Shown: positions 32,710 through 43,159, counted from the first letter of the stretch. The stretch: 64,000 bases of DNA from an uncultured Gammaproteobacteria bacterium (GCA_963712695.1 CAVQJD010000025.1:5289-69288), one strand, 5' to 3'. The notes: generated from the letters alone by a model not told the origin. Numbers and translations: made by a program.

Positions 32710-32817
32710 ATGTACTGGGATTCACTGACAGCAACCGGCGTTTACATATCGCTGCTGATGACAATGAGCATGCTGTACCTGATTTACAGGGACCAGCCGG
32801 GTGACCCGCGGGACTGA
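32710..32817 (+). CDS. Small single-pass membrane protein (35 aa), function unknown
   Basis: GGGAGGT RBS 5 nt before ATG. MYWDSLTATGVYISLLMTMSMLYLIYRDQPGDPRD*. Not in the ORF track. Confidence 0.6.
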   Translation: MYWDSLTATGVYISLLMTMSMLYLIYRDQPGDPRD

Positions 32818-32947
32818 TGGGCGGAACGGCTATGATGCCTCCCGGCATGGCAACTGCTGCGGACCGGTCCCGACCCGGGACGGGTGCACCGGTGTGAGTC
32901 CGGCGTACCCGCCATCAACCGTCCCGCGCAACAAACAGCAGCCGTTA

Positions 32948-34399
32948 TCAGCCTTGTGCGCTGGTGCCACCCACGGTGAGTTCATCGATCAGCATGGTCG
33001 GCTGGCCGACACCGACCGGCACACTCTGGCCTTCCTTGCCGCAGCTGCCGACACCGGAATCGAGCTGCAGATCGTTGCCGAGCATGGAAACCCGCTTGAG
33101 CACATCCGGCCCATTACCGATCAGGGTGGCACCCTTGACCGGCCGGGTGACCTGGCCGTTTTCGATCAGGTAGGCCTCGCTGGCGCTGAACACGAATTTG
33201 CCCGAGGTGATGTCCACCTGTCCGCCGCCGAAGTTGACAGCATAGAGGCCTTTCTTCACAGAGCGAATGATGTCCTGGGGGTCACTGTCACCGGCCAGCA
33301 TGTACGTATTGGTCATGCGCGGCATTGGCAGGTGCGCATAGGATTCGCGCCGCCCGTTACCGGTCGGCGTCACGCCCATCAGTCCGGCATTCATGCGGTC
33401 CTGCATGTAGCCTTTGAGAATGCCCTTTTCGATGAGTAAGGTGTTCTGTGCCGGCGTACCCTCGTCGTCGACATTGAGCGAACCGCGCCGGCCCGGCAGT
33501 GTGCCATCGTCGACCACGGTGCACAGCGGTGACGCCACTTGCTGACCGACCCGGCCGGCAAAGGCCGAGGTACCCTTGCGATTGAAATCGCCTTCGAGTC
33601 CGTGCCCGATCGCCTCGTGCAGCAGGATACCGGGCCAGCCCGGTCCCAGCACCACCGGCATGCCGCCGGCTGGCGCATCGATGGCCTCGAGGTTGACCAG
33701 TGCCTGGCGCACGGCCTCGCGGGCGTAGTCCATCGCGCGCTGTTCGTCGATGAAAAAACTGTAATCGCTGCGTCCGCCACCGCCGGCGCTGCCCTGCTCA
33801 CGGCGCCCGCCCTGCTCGACAATGGCAGTCACGTTGCAGCGCACCAGCGGCCGTACGTCCGCGGCCAGCGTGCCATCGCTGACCGCAACCAGCATTATCT
33901 CGTGCACACCGGCCAGACTGACCACGACCTCTTTCACACGTGAATCCTGGCGGCGCGCCTCGGCATCGAGTTGTCGCAGCAGTGCCACTTTGTCATCCGC
34001 CGTCATGCGATCGAGCGGGTCGATGGCGGGGTACAGCAGATTGTCACCGCACGCATGCCAGGCTTGCAGCCGGCCAGCCTGGCCACGGCCTGCAATCGCA
34101 CGCGCCGCACCGGACGCCTGCAGCAGCGCCGGCATGACGATTTCATCGGAATAGGCAAATCCGGTCCTGTCGCCACTGATGGCGCGCACGCCGGCACCCT
34201 GCTCGATACTGTGGCTACCCTCCTTGACTATCCCGTCCTCCAGTACCCACGATTCGTAGCGCGTGGACTGGAAATAGAGGTCGCCGCCATCCACTGCATG
34301 ACCGAGCAGCCGGCTGAATACCGACTCCAGATCACTGTCATCGATGCCGGCCGGTGTCAGTAACCGCTGGCGCGCAATGTCGAGGCTGGTATCAGGCAC
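32948..34399 (-). CDS. tldD: Metalloprotease TldD
   Basis: [62 protein letters not shown] start. Confidence 0.96.
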   Translation of the reverse strand: MPDTSLDIARQRLLTPAGIDDSDLESVFSRLLGHAVDGGDLYFQSTRYESWVLEDGIVKEGSHSIEQGAGVRAISGDRTGFAYSDEIVMPALLQASGAARAIAGRGQAGRLQAWHACGDNLLYPAIDPLDRMTADDKVALLRQLDAEARRQDSRVKEVVVSLAGVHEIMLVAVSDGTLAADVRPLVRCNVTAIVEQGGRREQGSAGGGGRSDYSFFIDEQRAMDYAREAVRQALVNLEAIDAPAGGMPVVLGPGWPGILLHEAIGHGLEGDFNRKGTSAFAGRVGQQVASPLCTVVDDGTLPGRRGSLNVDDEGTPAQNTLLIEKGILKGYMQDRMNAGLMGVTPTGNGRRESYAHLPMPRMTNTYMLAGDSDPQDIIRSVKKGLYAVNFGGGQVDITSGKFVFSASEAYLIENGQVTRPVKGATLIGNGPDVLKRVSMLGNDLQLDSGVGSCGKEGQSVPVGVGQPTMLIDELTVGGTSAQG

Positions 34400-35219
34400 G
34401 GTTGAGACACTGCAGCCGGCGATGGGCAATACTGGGAAAGTTGCGCCGCGCACTGTGCAGCCGGCCCAGATCCAGATCGGCACAGACCACGCCGGGCCCG
34501 CGCGCAAGACTGTTGAGCACCGTGCCCCACGGATCCACGATCATGCTGTGGCCGTAGGTCTCGCGGCCGTTCAGGTGATACCCGCCCTGGTCCGGCGCAA
34601 CCACGTAACACAGATTCTCGATGGCGCGTGCGCGTACCAGCACCTCCCAGTGCGCGCGGCCGGTAATGGCGGTGAATGCCGAAGGCAGCACGATGATTTC
34701 CAGCCCCGCCTCGAGCTGCTGGCGGAAAAGTTCCGGAAACCGCAGGTCGTAGCAGACTGCGACACCCATGCGCCCGAACGGGCTGTCGATGACCACCACC
34801 TCGCTGCCGGGCTCGATGGTATCGGATTCGGTGTACTGTTCGCCGCTATCGACCAGTGCCACATCGAACAGGTGAATCTTGTCATAGCGCGCCACCTGAA
34901 TGCCCTGGTCATTGAAGACCAGGCAGGTTGCACGCACCTTGTTGTCGGCTTCGGCCTCCAGCGGAATGGTACCACCGACCAGCCAGATGCCATGATGGGC
35001 GGCCTGCTCCGCGAGGAAGGTCTGGATGGCGCCGCTGCCGGGTTTCTCGCGCACCGCCACCTTGTCGTGCTCGGTCTTGCCCATGAGGGCAAAATTTTCC
35101 GGCAATACCACCAGCTGTGCCTGCTGGCTGACGGCCTCTCCGATCAGACGCTCGGCCTCCAGCAGGTTGGCGCCGATATTCGGGCTCGAGGCCATTTGTA
35201 TGCAGGCAACAATACTCAT
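34392..35219 (-). CDS. Carbon-nitrogen hydrolase (Nit1/YbeM-like deaminated-glutathione amidase family)
   Basis: [49 protein letters not shown]. Confidence 0.9.
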   Translation of the reverse strand: MSIVACIQMASSPNIGANLLEAERLIGEAVSQQAQLVVLPENFALMGKTEHDKVAVREKPGSGAIQTFLAEQAAHHGIWLVGGTIPLEAEADNKVRATCLVFNDQGIQVARYDKIHLFDVALVDSGEQYTESDTIEPGSEVVVIDSPFGRMGVAVCYDLRFPELFRQQLEAGLEIIVLPSAFTAITGRAHWEVLVRARAIENLCYVVAPDQGGYHLNGRETYGHSMIVDPWGTVLNSLARGPGVVCADLDLGRLHSARRNFPSIAHRRLQCLNRA

Positions 35220-35301
35220 GAAATCATTTCATCTACAGGTTTTCAGCAGGTTACAAAGAATAACACAGAAAGCCGGTTGCAAAGTGCAGCGCCCGGTTCC
35301 A

Positions 35302-38300
35302 CTACTGGAAAAATCCATCGGCATCCATCGCGTCGTCCGGCGGCCGCGCAGTAGCCGGCTCGGGCGCATTCAGCTGCGTAACTACCGGATCGGCCCAGGG
35401 TCCGGTCACCGCGTACTGCTTGCGCGCGAGTTCATTGAATCCGAATTTACCTTGCAACAGTTTATCCGCAACGATCACCGCCGCGCCGACGGCAGGGCCA
35501 CCGGCCAGCACACCGGCCAGCGGCAGGCTGGAATTGACATAGGGCGTCACAGTGACCAGCTCATCGTAATCCTGGGCCGCCAGCCCGACCCGTCCGGAAA
35601 TCTCGATTTTTGCGGCCGGGCCATCGATCACCATTTTCTCGGTATAGGCATTGCCACTGTCCAGCACGAAATCGCCCTCGATGAGATCGAAGCTGAAACC
35701 CGCACCGAACAGGTCGGTGAAATCCAGTGTCAGGCGCCTGGGCAGCTTGGCGAGGCTCAGCAGACCCAATGCCCGGCCTGTCGCGCCGGGTTCGACCTCG
35801 AGCAGCTGACCGTCCTTGATAACGATTTTGGATCTGCCATTGACAATTTCCGTTCTCACATCCCACGGCACCCCGCTCCAGCTCGCCTTCAAGCTGGCGG
35901 TTGGACTTCCCCCTTTCATGAGTTTCAGGTAACCCAGCGCATCGAGCAGCATACCCACATTTCCGTCCGTCACAGCGAATTCGGCATGCGTGATCTGCTC
36001 GCCGCCCAGCCGACGCCAGTCGCCGTTCATTTCCAGGGATAACATCCTTGAGGACAGTGCCAGCGTGTCGATACGGTAGCTGCCACCGGGCTGCCGTTGC
36101 GTCTGCAGTTCCAGCGTACCGAAATCGATGTTGTTGTAGAGCAGTTGCCGTATCTTGACCTGCAACGCGGGAAACTCGGCCGGTTGCGGCGGCGGTTTCT
36201 TTTGCCGAGCTGCATCGGTAACGGTCTCGAGTACGAGCCGCTGCATATCCATGCCGATCCGGACAATAGCGCCGGCGGAGCGAGTCAGTTGCAATTCGCC
36301 CTCTGCAGACGGGCCGATGGACTTCACCGTCCAGCCTGAACCGGATTCGACGATATCGACCCCGGTGTCATGCAACCGGTAGCCAAATGCGTCCAGCTTG
36401 CCGAGCTTGAGTGAAACCCGCAGTGGCGGTCCCAACCCACTCTCACCGCCGCCAAGATGCTGCATCCAGTCCTCCAGCCGGAACAGGTCCAGCCTGCCAC
36501 TGACCAGCAACTGCGGAATCTGTGGCGGCACGGGCGTTTCGCCACCCAGTGCGATATTGCCACGCTGCAGTTTGAACCCCTGTACACCCTCCGTCAGCAC
36601 CAGCACGGCCTGCAGCATGTCGCCATAGTTTGCGTGTACGTAGCGCTCGTTGCTGTAGAGCGCGTCGATGTCTACCGACAGCGGACGCGCCGTGGCTGCC
36701 TTCTTGCCGAACGGTGCCGGCAGATCAATGGCCAGCCCCTGCAGCGAACTGGTAATGCTGAGCCTGACATCCGCGTTCTTCCCGCGCACCGGCTTGCCCT
36801 TGCGCGTAAACTCCACGTGCCAGTCGGGGTCGCCACTGAACACATCACGCAACGGTTGGGAGTCAGCGAGCATGCGATCGATCAGACCCAGCTTGCCGTC
36901 CAGGCTCACATGCGTGACCGGCCTGTCACGTTCCGTCCAGACCCGCGCGCTGGCCCGCTTGCCGAACAGCTCGACCTGCAATCCGTCACCGCGAATGCCG
37001 CTATCGTCGAACTTGAGCTGGCCGCGAATATGCTCGAGCTCGATATCGGCATCGGTCATACGCAGTGTGTTATCGCGCAGTCCTATATTACCGTTAACGC
37101 TGATCGGTCCAGCATTCCTGGTCAGTGGCAGATGGATATCCAGCGCCAGGTCAGCATGCCCCGAGGCGACAACACGATCGACGAAACCGCCGTAGGTCTC
37201 ACCCAACGGACTGCTGCCGAGTTCGGCCAGCATCTCGGGCAGCTCCCCCCGCACATTACCCCGGATGGTCAGTTCCGGCCTGGCCAGGTCCCTGATCTGT
37301 GCGTGAACCTTGTCGAGCGAGGCATTGCGGATGAACCCCTTGTGCGAACGGATGTCCATTTGCCGGCCGGTAATATCGATCTGTGCATCCAGCTTTGTAA
37401 GTGGTGACCAGTGCTCATTGAAATTCAGCGTAGCGTCGGATACCGGCAGCCGTACTTCCAGCTGGCCCTCGCCGTGATCATAGGGCAGCTGGTCAAGGCG
37501 CCCCTTGATGATCACGCTGCCATCGGTCACTCTGCCTCCGGCCAGGCTGCGGTCGAGCCATTCCACGCCGGACCCGGGCATGATCCGTGCCGGCAGGTAA
37601 TCCCTGGTACGGGCAATATCGAACTCGCGCACAGCGATCCGTGTATCGGTTGTCACCGGCTCGCCGTTGCGCGGAATATCCAGACTGAATCGGGCATCCA
37701 GTGCCAGGTGCGGATTGCCGGCCACCAGCGATTCACTGCCAACCTGCACTACCCCGTTTTCCGTACGCCAGTGCACATCACCACCGGCCCGGTCAAACTG
37801 TAACGCAGACCTGAAAAACCGTTCGTCATGGACCACCAGCCGGTCGCTGCCGAGCTGCAGGATGCCGGCCTGTGCATCGCCGTTTATCGTACCGTCCAGA
37901 CCGGAGAGGTACGGAATGGTGCCGGTCTGCAACATGCCCAGCCCGGTGAAGCGTGCGGAAAAACTGTCTACTTCAATGGCATCTTCAGTGCGTGTGAAAG
38001 TACACAGCAGGTTTTCGATCATGCCGGTCGGTTGCGCACTCATCAGCCGGTCGCGCAGCGAACTGTTCAGCCGTGGCATTACCGGCAACAGAGCAGTGAC
38101 TTCATCCAGATCGATCAGCGCGGCCTCTGCCCGCACCTGCACGCTGTCGGCCTTGTGCAAACCGGCCAGCGACAGGCTGCCCGTCTGCCAGCTCTGCCCG
38201 CTGCGCGTAACCTGTAAACGTTGCAGCACGGCCTGCCAGCCCTGCCAGCCCTGCCCGGCCTGACGCCAGCCAAACTGCGTCTGCAAGTTGTCTGCGGCGA

Positions 38301-39159
38301 ACAGGGACTGCCGGCCGGCGTTTTCATACTTCATCCGCAACTCATCGACTTCCAGTTCGCCGCTGACTGCTGTGATGCGCGATGATGCGAGCCCTGCCCA
38401 CAGCCGCAGATCGGCAACCCCCTGCACTGTGTTCGTCTCATCGAGTAAAGGGGCAAGCAGGCTGGACAGTGATAGCGATTGACCTCTGAAATAGGCGCGC
38501 CCGTGCCATGCGGCAGGTTTCGCGATATCACCCAGCAGGCGCGCGATGAATTCAATACGGCCACCCGGCTCGCCTGGCAACAGCGCGTGTCCTGTCACAT
38601 GGTGGTCATTGCCCTCATTGGTCACGGTCACGCTGACTGCGTAGAAATGCTGGGTCCCGGCGCGCCTGGGAATATCCCTGACGGTAACTTCGGAATCATG
38701 GATGGACAGTCGCGACATGACTGCAAGCGCACCGAAATCGATTTCTGCTGCGTCTTGCGTGGCTAACTCCTCGAGCATCAGTCGGCCATCAGCATCACGC
38801 GTTACCGTGAGTGACGTACCGATGATGTCGACCCCGGCAATACGCAGTTCGCGCGTCTTCAGAAAATGTGACGTATCAATACTGACATGGATCTCGCGCA
38901 TGCCGAGCGGCCGGGCCTGCTGCAAGCCGGCAATGACAACATTCGTGAGCCTCAACACCGGGCGCAGGCCACGCCAGGTTGCCTCCACGCGCCCGATGGA
39001 CACCGGATGCTGCAATGCCGCGCTCGCTGCCACCTCGATATCCTGTTGGTAAGCGCCCAGCGACGGAGCCCATACCCGCGCGACCGTCAGCAGCACGGCC
39101 AGCATAAACAGGCCCGCGGCAAGCAGCAGCCAGGCTATGTGCAGCGTGCGCTTCAACAT
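35302..39159 (-). CDS. yhdP: AsmA-like lipid transport protein YhdP (TIGR02099-like)
   Basis: About 1285 aa, N-terminal TM, beta-rich, LPRRLTLDFTDLF, Y.VTGPWADP. Conserved rng-yhdP-nit-tldD order. Confidence 0.9.
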   Translation of the reverse strand: MLKRTLHIAWLLLAAGLFMLAVLLTVARVWAPSLGAYQQDIEVAASAALQHPVSIGRVEATWRGLRPVLRLTNVVIAGLQQARPLGMREIHVSIDTSHFLKTRELRIAGVDIIGTSLTVTRDADGRLMLEELATQDAAEIDFGALAVMSRLSIHDSEVTVRDIPRRAGTQHFYAVSVTVTNEGNDHHVTGHALLPGEPGGRIEFIARLLGDIAKPAAWHGRAYFRGQSLSLSSLLAPLLDETNTVQGVADLRLWAGLASSRITAVSGELEVDELRMKYENAGRQSLFAADNLQTQFGWRQAGQGWQGWQAVLQRLQVTRSGQSWQTGSLSLAGLHKADSVQVRAEAALIDLDEVTALLPVMPRLNSSLRDRLMSAQPTGMIENLLCTFTRTEDAIEVDSFSARFTGLGMLQTGTIPYLSGLDGTINGDAQAGILQLGSDRLVVHDERFFRSALQFDRAGGDVHWRTENGVVQVGSESLVAGNPHLALDARFSLDIPRNGEPVTTDTRIAVREFDIARTRDYLPARIMPGSGVEWLDRSLAGGRVTDGSVIIKGRLDQLPYDHGEGQLEVRLPVSDATLNFNEHWSPLTKLDAQIDITGRQMDIRSHKGFIRNASLDKVHAQIRDLARPELTIRGNVRGELPEMLAELGSSPLGETYGGFVDRVVASGHADLALDIHLPLTRNAGPISVNGNIGLRDNTLRMTDADIELEHIRGQLKFDDSGIRGDGLQVELFGKRASARVWTERDRPVTHVSLDGKLGLIDRMLADSQPLRDVFSGDPDWHVEFTRKGKPVRGKNADVRLSITSSLQGLAIDLPAPFGKKAATARPLSVDIDALYSNERYVHANYGDMLQAVLVLTEGVQGFKLQRGNIALGGETPVPPQIPQLLVSGRLDLFRLEDWMQHLGGGESGLGPPLRVSLKLGKLDAFGYRLHDTGVDIVESGSGWTVKSIGPSAEGELQLTRSAGAIVRIGMDMQRLVLETVTDAARQKKPPPQPAEFPALQVKIRQLLYNNIDFGTLELQTQRQPGGSYRIDTLALSSRMLSLEMNGDWRRLGGEQITHAEFAVTDGNVGMLLDALGYLKLMKGGSPTASLKASWSGVPWDVRTEIVNGRSKIVIKDGQLLEVEPGATGRALGLLSLAKLPRRLTLDFTDLFGAGFSFDLIEGDFVLDSGNAYTEKMVIDGPAAKIEISGRVGLAAQDYDELVTVTPYVNSSLPLAGVLAGGPAVGAAVIVADKLLQGKFGFNELARKQYAVTGPWADPVVTQLNAPEPATARPPDDAMDADGFFQ

Positions 39160-39198
39160 ACCCGAAGGTATCCCGGGTGGCAGGGAGAGCATACCTGC

Positions 39199-40671
39199 CT
39201 ACATTGGCACGACGTCATACTGTTCCTGTGTATACAGGTTTTCCACCTGGAAGCGAATGGGCTTGCCGATGAAGACTTCCAGTTCTGCCAGACTGGAGGA
39301 TTCCTCGTCCAGTAACAGATCGACCACTTCCTGCGACGCCAGCACCAGCAGCTGCTGCACATCGAACTGGCGCGAGGCGCGCATGATTTCCCGGAAGATC
39401 TCGTAGCAGGTGGTCTCCGCGGTCTTCAGTGATGCCCGGCCGTTGCAGGTCGGGCATACCTCGCACATCACATGCTCCAGGCTCTCGCTGGTGCGTTTGC
39501 GCGTCATCTCCACCAGTCCCAGTGCGGATACCTCGCTGATATGGGTCTTGGCGTGATCCCTTTCGAGACATTTTTCCAGCATCCGCAGCACCTGTCGCTT
39601 GTGCTCTGAATCCTGCATATCGATAAAATCGACGATGATGATACCGCCCAGATTGCGCAGGCGCAGCTGGCGCGCAATGGTCTGCGCCGCCTCCAGGTTG
39701 GTCTTGAAGATGGTCTCTTCCAGGTTGCGATGACCCACGTAGCCACCGGTATTGACGTCAACCGTGGTCATGGCCTCGGTCTGGTCGATAATGAGGTAGC
39801 CGCCGGACTTGAGCTGTACCTTGCGGTCCAGTGCCTTGTGGATTTCGTCCTCGATAGCGTAGATATCAAAGATGGGCCGCTCGCCCGGATAATATTCGAG
39901 CTGTGTCTGCATGCCAGGCATGAAGCGCTCGCAGAATTCACGCGCCCGCTGGAAACTCTCGCGCGAGTCGATGCGCACACGCTCGATGTTGTCACCCAGC
40001 ATGTCGCGCATCACGCGGACCGTCAGCGGCAGGTCACCGTAGACCAGATCGCCGGACTTGCTGGCGGCCAGTGTTTCGGAAGCCGACTGCCACAGCTTGC
40101 GCAGGAACATCATGTCGGCACGCAGGGCCTCGGCACCGGCTCCCTCGGCGGCAGTGCGGGCGATGAACCCGCCAGTCTCCTGTTCGGACATAAACAGCTG
40201 GATGACATCACGCAGGCGCACGCGCTCGCTCTCGCTGTCGATCCGCTGCGAGATTCCCACGTTGTTGACGTTCGGAATGAACACCAGGTAGCGTGATGGA
40301 ATAGTGATCTGGGTGGTCAGCCTCGCGCCCTTGGTGCCCAGCGGGTCCTTGATGACCTGCACGCAGATATCCTGGCCCTCGCGCAGCAGGACACTGATAT
40401 CCTTGCTGACGCTGCCACCGGCGTCGGCAGCTTCCGCGTCATCGCGCCGCCCGATATCGGAGGCATGCAGGAAAGCCGCGCGTTCCAGGCCGATGTCGAC
40501 AAAGGCGGCCTGCATGCCGGGCAGCACGCGACACACCCTGCCTTTGTAGATGTTGCCGACCAGGCCGCGGCGTCGGGCACGCTCGATAAAAATCTCCTGC
40601 AGTACGCCGTTTTCCACGACTGCCACCCGGGTCTCGCGCGGGGTGACGTTAATCAGAATTTCCTCGCTCAT
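39199..40671 (-). CDS. rng: Ribonuclease G
   Basis: EILINVTPRETRVA, GNIYKGRV, KDPLGTKGARLT, DVNTG, LRNLGGIIIVDFIDM, QEQYDVV. Confidence 0.96.
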   Translation of the reverse strand: MSEEILINVTPRETRVAVVENGVLQEIFIERARRRGLVGNIYKGRVCRVLPGMQAAFVDIGLERAAFLHASDIGRRDDAEAADAGGSVSKDISVLLREGQDICVQVIKDPLGTKGARLTTQITIPSRYLVFIPNVNNVGISQRIDSESERVRLRDVIQLFMSEQETGGFIARTAAEGAGAEALRADMMFLRKLWQSASETLAASKSGDLVYGDLPLTVRVMRDMLGDNIERVRIDSRESFQRAREFCERFMPGMQTQLEYYPGERPIFDIYAIEDEIHKALDRKVQLKSGGYLIIDQTEAMTTVDVNTGGYVGHRNLEETIFKTNLEAAQTIARQLRLRNLGGIIIVDFIDMQDSEHKRQVLRMLEKCLERDHAKTHISEVSALGLVEMTRKRTSESLEHVMCEVCPTCNGRASLKTAETTCYEIFREIMRASRQFDVQQLLVLASQEVVDLLLDEESSSLAELEVFIGKPIRFQVENLYTQEQYDVVPM

Positions 40672-40735
40672 GCCATCCTTGCCTGTTCAGATTGATGTGT
40701 TTTCTGCGGCGCATTCACGCCGTGCACGCTGCGGG

Positions 40736-41323
40736 CTAGATTACCGTTATCCCCGATTCTTTCAACAACTCCGCGGTTTCGAATAACGGCAACCCCATCA
40801 CGCCCGAGTAACTGCCCTCGATGCGTGTGATGAATACGCCAGCCAGCCCCTGAATGGCATAGGCACCCGCCTTGTCGGCCGGTTCCCCCGTTGCCCAGTA
40901 TGCCGCGCATTCCAGCTCCGTTAACGTGCGAAAGTTCACGCGAGTCGCACAGAAACGCACTGACTCGGCCGAGCTCCTGGCCAGCGCCACGGCACTTAAT
41001 ACCTCGTGCGAGGTGCCGGACAGGCGCTGCAGCATGGCAATAGCGTCGGCACGGTTCGCGGGTTTGCCGAGCACCTCACCATCGATGACCACGCAGGTAT
41101 CCGCGCCGAGTACCGGCAGCGCATGCCCGGCGGGCAGCATGGCGCGCCCGGCACATGCCTTGTCCAGCGCGACACGCATGACGTAGTCTCCGGCGCTTTC
41201 ACCGGCATGCAGCCGCTCGTCGACATCGACACTGAGCACTTCATGGGAGACCCCGATCTGCCGCAACAGTTCACGCCGCCGTGGCGATTGCGAGGCCAGG
41301 TAGATGGCCGGTTTGGTTGTCAT
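40736..41323 (-). CDS. maf: Maf/YhdE nucleotide pyrophosphatase
   Basis: YLASQSPRRRELL, GADT, DKAGAYAIQG, GSYSGVMGLPL. Confidence 0.93.
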   Translation of the reverse strand: MTTKPAIYLASQSPRRRELLRQIGVSHEVLSVDVDERLHAGESAGDYVMRVALDKACAGRAMLPAGHALPVLGADTCVVIDGEVLGKPANRADAIAMLQRLSGTSHEVLSAVALARSSAESVRFCATRVNFRTLTELECAAYWATGEPADKAGAYAIQGLAGVFITRIEGSYSGVMGLPLFETAELLKESGITVI

Positions 41324-41362
41324 GCGCTGTCAGTTCCGGAACCGGTAGTATGGGAAACCATA

Positions 41363-41833
41363 TCACGAACGGTGATAGGGATGACCGGCACCCAGTGTCC
41401 AGGCACGGTACAGCTGCTCGGCCAGCAGAACACGCACCAGTGCGTGCGGGAAGGTGAGCGGCGACAGCGACCAGCTGGTATCAGCACGTGTCAGGCATTC
41501 CGCTGCCAGGCCGTCCGGACCGCCGACCAGCAGGGCAACATCACGACCCGCACCGAGCCATTCCTGCAGTCGCCCGGCCAGGGTCTCGGTACTCCAGGTC
41601 TGGCCGCGCACATCCAGGGCGATGACCCGGCAGTCTTTCGGTAGCGCAGCCAGCTGGTGTTTTCCCTCCTGCTCGCGCGCCTGTTCGGGACTCCCGGACT
41701 TGCTGCGCCGGCCGGGTGCAATCTCGACCAGCTGCAGGCTGCATTCCCGTGGCATCCGCCTGGCATATTCCTGGTAACCGGCTGTCACCCAGGCCGGCAT
41801 GCGCGTGCCGACGGCAATCAGGTGAATACGCAT
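41363..41833 (-). CDS. rlmH: 23S rRNA pseudouridine-1915 N3-methyltransferase
   Basis: MRIHLIAVGTRMPAWV, VGGPDGL, SLSPLTFPHALVR..LAEQLYRA, GHPYHR. The ORF-track 5' extension runs into the MITE. Confidence 0.95.
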   Translation of the reverse strand: MRIHLIAVGTRMPAWVTAGYQEYARRMPRECSLQLVEIAPGRRSKSGSPEQAREQEGKHQLAALPKDCRVIALDVRGQTWSTETLAGRLQEWLGAGRDVALLVGGPDGLAAECLTRADTSWSLSPLTFPHALVRVLLAEQLYRAWTLGAGHPYHRS

Positions 41834-41847
41834 AAAGACAGGACTAG

Positions 41848-42008
41848 GAGCCTGTCTGAGTAATGGGGGCCGTCGCGAGAAAGTGGCATGGCGAGAACAG
41901 ATGTACGCAAATTCGAGGAGAATAGTGGGCGCTATTTGACGAGAATTTGCGTACATGTGGGCCGTCGTGGCGCTTTCGCAGTAGGCTCATCATTACTCAG
42001 ACAGGCTC
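41848..42008. mobile_element. 161-bp MITE-like element with perfect 18-bp TIRs, flanked by CTAG
   Basis: GAGCCTGTCTGAGTAATG (41848-41865) and CATTACTCAGACAGGCTC (41991-42008). CTAG at 41844-41847 and 42009-42012. Internal 14-bp IR at 41901-41914 / 41943-41956. Confidence 0.85.
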
Positions 42009-42013
42009 CTAGC

Positions 42014-42412
42014 TCAGTGTTCGCTGTCCGCGGCGGAGCGCTGCTCGCTGCCGACGGACCACAGCTTCTCCAGCGCGTAGAACGCGCGAACTTCCGGCAT
42101 CATGACATGCACCACGACATCGCCGAGATCGATGAGTATCCACTCCGAACCTTTCTCGCCCTCCACACCCGGCGTGTGCATTCCGTTCTTCTTCGCTTCC
42201 AGCGCAACATTGTCGGCCACTGCCTTGACATGGCGTGTCGAGGTACCGCTGGCGATCACCATGATATCGGTTATCGAGGTCATATCACGCACGTCGATTG
42301 CCCTGATATCCTGGGCTTTCATGTCTTCCAGTGCCTGTAGCGTGACCTCGAGCATGTGTGCCGTGCGCCGGTCCATGCTATCCGCCTGCTGTGTGTCTGT
42401 TTTGTTATTCAT
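42014..42412 (-). CDS. rsfS: Ribosome silencing factor
   Basis: ALEDMKAQDI, IASGTSTRHV, EWILIDLGDVVVHVM, FYALEKLW. Start codon uncertain. Confidence 0.94.
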   Translation of the reverse strand: MNNKTDTQQADSMDRRTAHMLEVTLQALEDMKAQDIRAIDVRDMTSITDIMVIASGTSTRHVKAVADNVALEAKKNGMHTPGVEGEKGSEWILIDLGDVVVHVMMPEVRAFYALEKLWSVGSEQRSAADSEH

Positions 42413-43048
42413 TTAACCGCCTGTTGTATACAAGTCCTGGTTCCTGATAAGTGCCAGCACGCTGTCCGGCAGCAGGAAGTCCGCCGCCTCACCCCGGCCC
42501 AGCAGTGCACGAATGCGGGTACCGGAGATTTCCAGCTGGCTGACCTCCTGGAAATACAGCAGTCCGGCTGACTGCGAGTGCAGCATGCCGGGATCGAGCA
42601 CGCGGTGCAGGCCAATGAAAGTGCCGAGTTCGCCACGCTCCGGGAAGCTTGCACCCGGTCGTGTCAGCACGACGATATGGCAGTGGTCGATCAGCTCATG
42701 CCAGCGATGCCAGCTGGTCAAACCGCGGAATGCGTCCGTGCCAAGCAGCAGGCACAGGTCCGTGCCCTTGATGTCTGCGCGCAGTGAATGCAGCGTATCA
42801 AGGGTATAGGACGGCCCCTCCCGACCAAGCTCGCGTTCGTCTATCACGAAACCGTCATGGCCCAGGATTGCCGCCTGCAGCATTGCCAGGCGTTGCCGCG
42901 GTGATGCGATCGGCTGCGGCCGGTGTGGCGGCTGATGACAGGGAATCAGCCGAATCTCATCCAGACCCAGCGCCTGCCTGGCCTCCAGGGCCGGGCGCAG
43001 GTGTCCGAAATGAACCGGATCGAAGGTGCCGCCGAGTATGCCGATCAT
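42413..43048 (-). CDS. nadD: Nicotinate-nucleotide adenylyltransferase
   Basis: GILGGTFDPVHFGH, PPHR, SYTLDTL, EISGTRIR. Confidence 0.95.
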   Translation of the reverse strand: MIGILGGTFDPVHFGHLRPALEARQALGLDEIRLIPCHQPPHRPQPIASPRQRLAMLQAAILGHDGFVIDERELGREGPSYTLDTLHSLRADIKGTDLCLLLGTDAFRGLTSWHRWHELIDHCHIVVLTRPGASFPERGELGTFIGLHRVLDPGMLHSQSAGLLYFQEVSQLEISGTRIRALLGRGEAADFLLPDSVLALIRNQDLYTTGG

Positions 43049-43159
43049 GCAGTCAGGCAATTACAGCGCACCGGCAGGTAGTGATGATGCCGGCTGATGG
43101 AATCGTTGCGCGCTGCGCGACGGGATACTGTGCATACCGTGACAGCGCAACCATACTCG

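Noticed and set aside
32881..32914. tRNA, tmRNA, or cobalamin/FMN riboswitch suggested by GGTGTGAGTCC and CCGCCA
   Set aside because: No cloverleaf, B12 box or FMN consensus, and it is not upstream of a same-strand gene. Kept only as an unassigned structure.
38232..38255. 9-bp tandem duplication in yhdP (GQGWQGWQ)
   Set aside because: An in-frame micro-duplication in a variable protein, with no evidence of significance.
41834..41956. 41-aa N-terminal extension of RlmH in the ORF track
   Set aside because: It is read-through into the MITE. The conserved RlmH start is MRIHLIAVG at 41833.
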